Assembly: GCA_017441605.1 (NCBI GenBank)
Contig: JAFRXD010000002.1
Coordinates: 25,674 to 89,673 of the forward strand
Direction: 5' to 3'
Source of the DNA: Thermoguttaceae bacterium
GTDB lineage: Bacteria; Planctomycetota; Planctomycetia; Pirellulales; Thermoguttaceae
Length of the DNA: 64,000 nt
Part shown: piece after piece, positions 1 to 7,437 of the stretch
Layout of the letters: every line of letters begins with the position of its first letter
Numbering within the stretch: position 1 is the first letter of the stretch
Position numbers and translations under genes: made by a program
The notes under the pieces: generated by a model
Told to the model about the DNA's origin: nothing
The model's database searches: none
The model's input: the letters and a program-made list of their open reading frames with translations, nothing else

Positions 1-253
1 CGCCCGCAGAATAATTATTTTAGTAACGTTTATATTATATCGAACGTTTTCGTTTTAAAAGTTCTTTTTTTGAGATTTCGTTTTGATTATTTTTCCGAGT
101 AAAATAGGGGAGCTTGTTGGACGGGACTTGATTGTTTCCTCGGAAAAGAGATAATGGCGCGAGGGGCTTTCCGGACTCGTTTTCCGAGCGCCGACAGTTC
201 CTCGGGCGAACCCAGCGCCATAGGGCGCGACACAGGAAAAAAGGAAAAAGCGA

Positions 254-2209
254 ATGTACTATCCTTGGCTTGACGCTCCGTTTTTGACCGCGCCGATGTT
301 GATAGCGATCGTCGCGCTTTTGCACGTTTTCGTCTCGCATTACGCGGTGGGAGGCGGAATACTTCTCGCGCTCGAAAACGGCAAAGCTCTACGAGACGGA
401 GACGCGGAATATCGCGCCTACTTGAAGCGCCACGCCAAATTCTTTATTACGCTGACGCTCGTTTACGGTTCGATAACGGGGGTTGGGATATGGTTCGCTA
501 TCGGATTGGCTTCCCCGTTGGCAACGGAGGTCCTGATTAAAACGTTCGCTTTCGGCTGGGCGATCGAGTGGTGTTTCTTCCTATTGGAAATCGTTTCGGG
601 ATTGGCGTTTTACTATTTCTGGGACAAATTTTCTCCTCGCGCGAGCGCTTTCGCCGGTTGGACGTACGCTTTTTCCGCATGGATCTCCTTGGTCTTGATC
701 ACGGGGATCACGTCGTTTATGCTCAATTCCAAGGGACTTATCGCCGATTGGGAAACGACGGGTAGTTTTTGGGACGCTTTTTTGAACGTCCAATTCCTCC
801 CGCAAACGGTCGCGCGAACCGGTTGCGCGCTGACGTTGAGCGCGTTTTATTTTCTGTTTCACGCTTCGGCGTTCGCCAAGGATTCGGACGTTCGAGCGCA
901 AGTCGCTCGGCGAATGCGGGTTCCTTCGTTCCTTGGGATTTTTTTGCTCGTATGCGGGGTCTCGGGCTGGCTTTATTTTCTCCCGGAATCGAGTCTCGCG
1001 ACACTCGAGCGCGCTTCGGCGACTAATATTTTCTCGGGATTGTTCGTCGGAATTATCTTTGCGATCGTTCTTCTTTTGCTCGTCGGACCCGTCGCTCGCC
1101 CTAAGGAGACCTCGCTTGGAACGGGGCTGGCGCTCTTACTGCTGGGGATTGCGGGCGTGTCGGTGGCGGAGTTTGTCCGCGAGGCGGTTCGCAAGCCTTA
1201 TGTCGTCGACGGGGTCGTTTACAGCAACCAGATAGCTCGCGCGGACGTTCGACAAGCGCGTCAAGAGGGTTTGCTTTATTTTGGGACGCAGACCAGCTGT
1301 TTACTCGAAGAACTGCAAGAAAAGGAAGAATATCGCGATCTGAATATTTCGCCGACTCGTTATTTGGGTCGAGAATCGCGGCGCATAAGAAAAATCGAGT
1401 TGGTTCCTCTCTCCGGCGAGCCCGACGACAATTTGGACGAGAATCTGGAGTCCGACGTCGAGGAGTCCGGAGAACCGACGGGACAGGACAATGTCCCCGA
1501 CACAGACGGCTCGTTAAGTTTTGTCGAGCGAACGTCGGCGCTCGTTCAGCGGGCGCGACGGGACGGCGGGTTTGTCCCGACGTCGACTTCGCAAGGGAAC
1601 GAGAGCGCGGCTTCCGAGACGGTTGAGCCGCTCGAGTCGGAAGCCACCGACAATTTGCTGGAGTCCGCGACGTCCGCGACGTCCGCGCCGCGAGAATTGA
1701 CGGGCGCCGCGTCCGAACTTGGAGACGTCGAAACTAGCGAACGCGAACCGGCGGAACTTGTTCCCGAAAAAACGGTCGCGGAACGGGACGTCGAGATCAA
1801 CGGTTCTATTGGCGCGGGGAATCCCGATCTATTGAAATTGTCGGACTCGGATCGCCTAACGCTCGGTCGAGCGGTTTTTCTATATCATTGCAATTGTTGT
1901 CACGCGGAGCGCAAGGGCTATTCGGCCATAGCGCCGCTACTTGCGGGCCGAGGTCGAGAGGAAATTAAGAATTTTGCGCTCCGACTGAATTATTCGCACT
2001 ACTATATGCCGCCTTGGGCGGGGACAGAAACGGACGCGGAATTATTGGCGGAATACCTCGCGTCGATCGCGCCCGACTATCCTAAGAACGCCTTGCGCGC
2101 TCCCCAAGAGCGGGAACCGAAGTCGCCGAAGAACAACGATTTTGACGAGGAAACCGCGATTGGAAACGAGTTGAGCGAGGGAGAGTCCGGCGACTCGGAA
2201 GTTTTTTAG
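254..2209 (+). CDS. Polytopic membrane protein: cytochrome bd subunit I (CydA)-like N-terminal domain fused through an acidic low-complexity linker to a C-terminal monoheme c-type cytochrome domain
   Basis: 651-aa ORF. About 8 hydrophobic helices in the first ~345 aa, with CydA-like motifs (ALLHVFVSH; WAIEWCFFLLEIVSGLAFYYFWDKF; VAEFVREAVRKPYVVDG). D/E/S/T-rich segment at roughly aa 375-560. CNCCH (CxxCH, nt 1889-1903) followed by a YYMPPW Met-Pro motif. Confidence 0.75.
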   Translation: MYYPWLDAPFLTAPMLIAIVALLHVFVSHYAVGGGILLALENGKALRDGDAEYRAYLKRHAKFFITLTLVYGSITGVGIWFAIGLASPLATEVLIKTFAFGWAIEWCFFLLEIVSGLAFYYFWDKFSPRASAFAGWTYAFSAWISLVLITGITSFMLNSKGLIADWETTGSFWDAFLNVQFLPQTVARTGCALTLSAFYFLFHASAFAKDSDVRAQVARRMRVPSFLGIFLLVCGVSGWLYFLPESSLATLERASATNIFSGLFVGIIFAIVLLLLVGPVARPKETSLGTGLALLLLGIAGVSVAEFVREAVRKPYVVDGVVYSNQIARADVRQARQEGLLYFGTQTSCLLEELQEKEEYRDLNISPTRYLGRESRRIRKIELVPLSGEPDDNLDENLESDVEESGEPTGQDNVPDTDGSLSFVERTSALVQRARRDGGFVPTSTSQGNESAASETVEPLESEATDNLLESATSATSAPRELTGAASELGDVETSEREPAELVPEKTVAERDVEINGSIGAGNPDLLKLSDSDRLTLGRAVFLYHCNCCHAERKGYSAIAPLLAGRGREEIKNFALRLNYSHYYMPPWAGTETDAELLAEYLASIAPDYPKNALRAPQEREPKSPKNNDFDEETAIGNELSEGESGDSEVF

Positions 2210-3639
2210 TTCGCTTTCGCGAACTTTGAGACGACAGGGGCGCCCAAAGGCTTTTCGTCGGGGTAATTGACGAGGACATAGGCGTTTCGATTGGCTTCGA
2301 CGTTCGCGTCGACTTCGATGGGAACGCCAATGTAGTTTCCATATCGATCGATCGGTCGGAATGCGAGCCGCCGCTTTCCCGCGGGAACTTCGAAGCTCGC
2401 GACTTGGATCTCGGCGGGCAAAAGCCCCCAACAGCGGATGTCGGCGGTTTCGGTCGCTTCCCATACGACGCCCCCGACGTCCATTGCGAGATTGATCCAC
2501 TCGTTGACTTGCCCGACCTGTTTGGCGGCGTAGACGGTCCCTTTTTTGACGACTCGTCTGACAACTGCTCTCGCGAGTAGTTGGTCTTTTGTCGCCTCGT
2601 ATTGTTTGAGCGCCATCTCGTTGACGTCGGCGATCGTTTCGGACGCGCCGACGCGCTTTCCGTCTATGTCGATCGCAACGCTTTTGACCTTGGAGGGTTC
2701 GATCGCCAAGACGGGAACGGGGACGGGGGCGACGGTCGGAGGCACGGAGTACCGATTTGTCGCGGAAAAGACTTGATCCGCGATCAGAAGGGCGAATTGA
2801 GTCGCCTCTTCGTAGGCCTGTTCCTTATGCGGACCGCGCCCGACAAATGCGAACACGTAGACGCGCCCATTGTTCGGTTGGGAATGAACGCTCGTTTGAG
2901 CTCTAATTAAATCGGTTTTCCCCTGTTTGAATTGCGGTCGCCACTCGACGACTTTTTCATAGTTTCTCGCGGCTTCTCCGGAATCAAGGAAAGTTTCTTC
3001 CCAAATCAGCCCTTCGAGATAAGGTCCCAAGGGAACGCGGGGATAATTCTTTTTTGGATTGATCTTTTTCCCTTGTTCTCTCGGATCGTCGACCAAGCCT
3101 TTTTGAACGATATCGTCTTGCTTAGCGGCGATTTGGGTCGCGTAAGCTTTAGCGTCCTCTCCGTTGTCTAAGAGATCCGCGATGGCGAGCTCGGCGCGAA
3201 CGAGAACCTTTTCGTAGTCCTCGCCCTCGTAAGGGCGGGAGTTGTCGTCGGTCCAGTACGCCAATAGGTTTTCCGCCGATTTTTGCAACGCGTCGGCTTC
3301 GATTTTATCGAAGGAGTCTCTAGCGCGAATCAGTTTTCGCTTCGCCTCGACGACGTTTCCGGAACTGAGTTCCAAACTCGCCTCGTCGAGAGCCAAGACG
3401 TCCCGTTCTTTTTGAGGAGCGCGCTCGCCCCTCTTTTCAACGGTTTTTTTCGCGCGCTCCACGTCACCTTGTTCGTAGACGTCGCGCCTCACGTTGCGCT
3501 GGAGCTTTTCATAGCCGGAAACGCATCCCGCGCAGACGATTAGAATCGCGTAAATAATCGATAAAAGGGGCGCGCTCGTCGCGCGAAACCCAAATCGCTT
3601 GAGTCCGTTCATGGCATTGAACCGAGTTCGATCAAACAT
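2206..3639 (-). CDS. Hypothetical lipoprotein
   Basis: 477-aa ORF. The N-terminus (...LLSIIYAILIVCAGCVSG) looks like a lipoprotein signal peptide with a lipobox Cys. No catalytic motif recognised. Its stop overlaps the convergent gene by 4 nt. Confidence 0.6.
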   Translation of the reverse strand: MFDRTRFNAMNGLKRFGFRATSAPLLSIIYAILIVCAGCVSGYEKLQRNVRRDVYEQGDVERAKKTVEKRGERAPQKERDVLALDEASLELSSGNVVEAKRKLIRARDSFDKIEADALQKSAENLLAYWTDDNSRPYEGEDYEKVLVRAELAIADLLDNGEDAKAYATQIAAKQDDIVQKGLVDDPREQGKKINPKKNYPRVPLGPYLEGLIWEETFLDSGEAARNYEKVVEWRPQFKQGKTDLIRAQTSVHSQPNNGRVYVFAFVGRGPHKEQAYEEATQFALLIADQVFSATNRYSVPPTVAPVPVPVLAIEPSKVKSVAIDIDGKRVGASETIADVNEMALKQYEATKDQLLARAVVRRVVKKGTVYAAKQVGQVNEWINLAMDVGGVVWEATETADIRCWGLLPAEIQVASFEVPAGKRRLAFRPIDRYGNYIGVPIEVDANVEANRNAYVLVNYPDEKPLGAPVVSKFAKAN

Positions 3640-3810
3640 AACGACGCGCCAATGATTTGGCGTCGAGCGGAATGTTGAACATTTACGGGGTTCGCGTCAA
3701 TAGTGAAAGAAGACTAAATAGAGAGCGGAGAAAGACCTTTTTTCGTAGACGCTTCCATAATACGGTAAGGCGACAAGGGAAAGGGAGAGAATAGAGACGG
3801 AGCAAAACGT

Positions 3811-3848
3811 AAAAAAATCCGACGCGGACGAACCGCGTCGGACTTTTT
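3811..3848 (-). terminator. Rho-independent terminator downstream of the EF-hand gene
   Basis: 10-bp stem tccgacgcgg/ccgcgtcgga with a 5-nt loop. Flanked by A7 on the plus strand, which is a T-run on the minus strand. Confidence 0.7.
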
Positions 3849-3950
3849 CTTTCGATAGATCGACCCGTTCTCTCATTATCGAAAGAAAGCGCGACCCGCG
3901 TTCGAGACGCGAATCGCGCGCTTACTCCCTAGGCGATGGGAGTTCGCTTT

Positions 3951-4907
3951 CTAGAAATTGAATCCGACCTCGTTGGGTTGTTGGGGACCTCTTCCCTGAC
4001 CGCGACGCTCTCCGCGTCTTCCGCCCTGTCGTCCGCGTTCGCCGTCGTTAGGACGACCTTGGGGACCTCCGGGGAAACCTCCCATTCCGGGTCTAGGACC
4101 TTGGGAACCGCCAAACCCGCCTTGGGGACCGCCAAATCCCATACCAAACCCACCGAATCCTTGTTGACCGCCAACGACCGACATAAGGAACATACCAAAG
4201 CTGGGGCCGAAATCTTTTTGGACGGTCTCCGCCAACGCCTTTTGCTCTTCGGCGTCGACAACGCCGTCGCCGTTTTTGTCGAAGGACTTGAGGGCCTCGA
4301 CGAACTTATCGATCACGATTCCGTTGTCGTCGTTAACGAACTCGGGCTTTTTCCCCTCGGGGAATCGGAATTTCGGACGAGGCATTTCTTCCATCGTCAG
4401 AAAACCGTCGCCGTCTTTGTCGGCTTTTTTAAGCTCGTCTCTACGTTCTTGCGGGATTCTTTCGGGTAATTTGGACAGGTCGAGTTTTCCATCTTGGAAG
4501 GCGTCTCCCCAGAAATTTCCCATCGGTCCCATACCAGGACCGCCAAAACCAGGGCCGCCAAAACTAGGACCGCCAAAACCAGGGCCGCCAAAACTAGGGC
4601 CGCCAAAACCAGGGCCGCCAAAACCAGGGCCGCTAGGTTGACCTTGGGGGCCGCGACCGGGCATGGCGTCGCGGAGCTCTTCGGGGGTCAGAAAACCGTC
4701 GTTATCTTTGTCGGCGGCTTTCATGGCGTCTTTTCGTTGCTGGGGCATTTGCTCGGGCAGCTTAGACAGATCAATTCTTCCGTCTTCGGTCCGAGCGGCG
4801 GCGAGGAAGTTTCCTCCGGGGCGCCGTTGTTGATTTCCTTCCTGACTAAACGCGACGGTCGAGGCGGTCGCGAGAAGAACGAGGGCGATAGAAGTCAGCT
4901 TTTTCAT
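3951..4907 (-). CDS. Secreted EF-hand calcium-binding protein with Gly/Phe/Pro-rich repeats
   Basis: 318-aa ORF. Signal peptide MKKLTSIALVLLATASTVAFSQ. Three canonical 12-residue EF loops (DKDNDGFLTPEE, DKDGDGFLTMEE, DKNGDGVVDAEE). Duplicated module G(R/K)(I/L)DLSKLPE...DKD.DGFLT.EE. GPGFGGPSFGG repeats and a Gly/Arg-rich tail. Confidence 0.8.
   Translation of the reverse strand: MKKLTSIALVLLATASTVAFSQEGNQQRRPGGNFLAAARTEDGRIDLSKLPEQMPQQRKDAMKAADKDNDGFLTPEELRDAMPGRGPQGQPSGPGFGGPGFGGPSFGGPGFGGPSFGGPGFGGPGMGPMGNFWGDAFQDGKLDLSKLPERIPQERRDELKKADKDGDGFLTMEEMPRPKFRFPEGKKPEFVNDDNGIVIDKFVEALKSFDKNGDGVVDAEEQKALAETVQKDFGPSFGMFLMSVVGGQQGFGGFGMGFGGPQGGFGGSQGPRPGMGGFPGGPQGRPNDGERGRQGGRRGERRGQGRGPQQPNEVGFNF
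4535..4633. repeat. Tandem 15/30-nt coding repeat (ccagg[ag]ccgccaaaac[ct]ag...) inside the EF-hand gene
   Basis: Read directly in the sequence. Encodes the (GPGFGGPSFG)n block on the minus strand. Confidence 0.85.
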
Positions 4908-5080
4908 AGTATCACCTTTAAATATAGGCTTTTATCAATCATCTTTTACGCGTCAAAACCGCGGACGCGCCCGCGCAAGGCAACGCGCGAGTTTTGCGCG
5001 GCGGAACGCCGCGTCGCATTCCCTATGGGATATATAAACATCCGAATAACTATTTGGTTTCGTCAAAAAATTTTTTTTCT

Positions 5081-5126
5081 CAAATAAAAACGACCGCGCG
5101 ATCGCAAAACGAATCGCTCGGTCGTT
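5081..5126 (-). terminator. Rho-independent terminator downstream of the DUF1559 gene
   Basis: Stem aacgaccg/cggtcgtt plus inner gcgat/atcgc. The minus strand then reads tttttatttg. Confidence 0.6.
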
Positions 5127-5168
5127 AAGGTCGTCGACGCGCCTAAATTTCGCGCGTTGGGAGAGACG

Positions 5169-6125
5169 TTACAACCCCTTGGTTTCACCATGGGCGCGGG
5201 TGATCGCGGCGGCGAGGGCTTCCATATCGACTGTTTCGGAGACAAATCGACAACTTCCGTCGGCGAAGAGGGAGTTGCACCCGGAGGGATGGCGGCTTCT
5301 AGCTTCGTATTGGTAGGCGCTACATTTAGCGCAACCCCAATCGAAAACGCCCTTATTGAAGTGTTCGCAGTCGGGTTTGTAGTTTATGGGAGCGGTCGTC
5401 TTTCTGAAAATGTTGGTTCCGACAATCCAGCTTCCGTTATCGTAGGTTTTCGGGGTTCCTCTTTCGTAAGAGGACGCCTCCATTACCATAATCGTGTTGG
5501 AAGTTCCGTCGGTAATGTCGGCGATTCTGATAGCGCGACTGGTGATCATCACACCTAGCTCGTCGTGAGCGAGGGTCCATCCATCGGTTGTGGCGGAACC
5601 GTATTCGGAGATTTTTTCAGTGATCACGCCGGCGTAGTGCGTAGGGGCGAGCTTGAGCTGTTCGAGCGCCCAGCCGTTATCGGGATTGTAGTAGTCGACG
5701 GATCGGACGTCGCGGTCCGGATCCGACGGACATAGATACATTGGGATTTGCGTTTGTCCCGCTTCTTGGTTCTGTTGCGAGTAGACTTTTTGCTTGAAAT
5801 CGACTAGATTTTGGACGTTCTGTTGCTCGCAGTAGGGGAGTAACAGGGCCGCCCAGCCGAAATAGTTTCCGGCGTCGGAACCGTCCGGTTTGGGTTCGGT
5901 GAGTTTTCCGGGTGGGAAAGAACCCAGCGTATCGTGGTAATTGTGGAAAGAGAGACCGATCTGTCTGATATTGTTGGAACAGCTCATTCTTCGAGCCGCT
6001 TCTCTCGCCGCTTGGACGGCGGGCAAGAGGAGACCAATGAGAATACCGATGATCGCGATAACGACCAATAGCTCGACGAGCGTGAACGCGCGTCGCGCTG
6101 TCGAGTGAATTAGAAAACGTTTCAT
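5169..6125 (-). CDS. DUF1559 family protein with prepilin-type N-terminal cleavage/methylation leader
   Basis: 318-aa ORF. N-terminus ...[42 protein letters not shown] is typical of planctomycete DUF1559 pseudopilin-like proteins. SD aaggagga lies upstream of the ATG. Confidence 0.85.
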   Translation of the reverse strand: MKRFLIHSTARRAFTLVELLVVIAIIGILIGLLLPAVQAAREAARRMSCSNNIRQIGLSFHNYHDTLGSFPPGKLTEPKPDGSDAGNYFGWAALLLPYCEQQNVQNLVDFKQKVYSQQNQEAGQTQIPMYLCPSDPDRDVRSVDYYNPDNGWALEQLKLAPTHYAGVITEKISEYGSATTDGWTLAHDELGVMITSRAIRIADITDGTSNTIMVMEASSYERGTPKTYDNGSWIVGTNIFRKTTAPINYKPDCEHFNKGVFDWGCAKCSAYQYEARSRHPSGCNSLFADGSCRFVSETVDMEALAAAITRAHGETKGL

Positions 6126-6667
6126 CGAGCCGCTTTCCTCCTTTGAAACGGTCGCCGAAACGCAAATCGCTAGACGCGACTAGGCAATTAAGCGGAACGC
6201 TCGAAATCGGGCGTTCGGAAGGACGTTTTGGCGACGCAAGTACGGAGCGACGCTCTTGAGCGGGGGACCTTCCCCCAAATCGGCGAATTCGTCCATCGCA
6301 AACGCGCCGACGTCGAGGTTGTCCGAACAACCTCGAAGACGCGGGAAGGTCTTCCGACTCGCGCTAAATTCGTTTTCGCCTTCTCGGCGCGTTGGCGCCA
6401 ATGACGTCGGTCGTCGCAAATTGGACGGTCGAATAAAACGAACCGAAAAGATAGGTTTCTTTTCCGCGCTTACGGCGGCGAGGACCGTTCCGGCTTCTCA
6501 CCGGATTCCCTGTTACGCCGTCCAACTCCTCTTAAACGTCATAGAGGAGAGACGAGCCGCCCGCGTCCTCAAAAAGCAAAAACGCCGAATTTACGACGCT
6601 GGCACAAGTATATAGGCGGATTCTAAACCGTCAAGCGAACATTTTCACTCGAATCTTTTGAAATCAC

Positions 6668-6696
6668 TTGCAAAAATAAGGGGAAGAGTCTATAAT
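6668..6696 (+). promoter_or_regulatory. Putative sigma70-type promoter of lemA-M48 operon
   Basis: TTGCAA (6668-6673), 17-nt spacer, TATAAT (6691-6696), about 65 nt upstream of the lemA ATG. Confidence 0.5.
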
Positions 6697-6762
6697 CCCA
6701 AGGTCCCTGGTCTGTCGGGGAGTTGGAAACGAACGCCACCTCTTTTTTAGGGAGTTTTTGAA

Positions 6763-7386
6763 ATGATGTTTGGAGCAGCGGGCGCGGTAGGCGTCGCCGT
6801 CGCGATAATCGGCGTTTTTTTGGGCGGGTGCTTTTTTGTGTTTGTTTGGGGAGTCGGCGTGTACAATGGTCTTGTGAAGTTGCGAAACCATTACAAGAAC
6901 GCGTACTCGCAGATCGACGTTCAACTCAAGCGGCGCTACGACCTCATACCCAACTTAGTCGAAACAGCGAAAGGTTATTTGAAGCACGAGTCCGAGACGT
7001 TGGAGGCGGTCGTTCGAGCGCGCGGCGCGGCGGTCGGGGCGAATCAACGAGCGGCTTCGAATCCGGGCGATCGAGCGGCGATGGAAGGATTGAGTTCGGC
7101 GGAGGGCGCGTTGAGCGGGGCTCTTGGCCGTTTGTTAATGGTTTGCGAGTCTTATCCGGATTTGAAGGCGAACCAAAATATGCTCGCGCTTCAGGAAGAA
7201 CTAACGTCAACGGAGAACAAGATCGGTTTCGCGCGTCAGGCTTACAACGACAGCGCGACGCAGTACAACACAAAGCGCGAGGTTTTTCCTTCGAATCTCG
7301 TGGCGGGCGTCTTTAACTTCGGCGAGGCTTCGTTGTTCGAAGTTACCGATCCGACGGAACGAGACGCGCCGAAAGTGAAGTTCTGA
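6763..7386 (+). CDS. lemA: LemA family protein
   Basis: 207-aa ORF with an N-terminal TM helix. YNGLVKLRN...SQIDVQLKRRYDLIPNLVETAKGYLKHE is the characteristic LemA core. Confidence 0.85.
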   Translation: MMFGAAGAVGVAVAIIGVFLGGCFFVFVWGVGVYNGLVKLRNHYKNAYSQIDVQLKRRYDLIPNLVETAKGYLKHESETLEAVVRARGAAVGANQRAASNPGDRAAMEGLSSAEGALSGALGRLLMVCESYPDLKANQNMLALQEELTSTENKIGFARQAYNDSATQYNTKREVFPSNLVAGVFNFGEASLFEVTDPTERDAPKVKF

Positions 7387-7437
7387 ATCTTTTGAAAAAT
7401 GGTAGCCCCGCGACGCGCGATTTAGAGGAGAGCGACG

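Noticed and set aside
4535-4633. Regularly spaced short repeats that could be mistaken for a CRISPR array
   Set aside because: The units are contiguous, with a 15/30-nt period and no unique spacers, and they lie in frame inside a coding sequence. No cas genes are present in the window.
3936-5087. Plus-strand ORFs (177, 121 and 197 aa) with PKPGPPKLG / AKTRAAKT repeats
   Set aside because: These are reverse-frame readings of the Gly-rich tandem repeat in the EF-hand gene. The minus-strand frame has a signal peptide and canonical EF loops.
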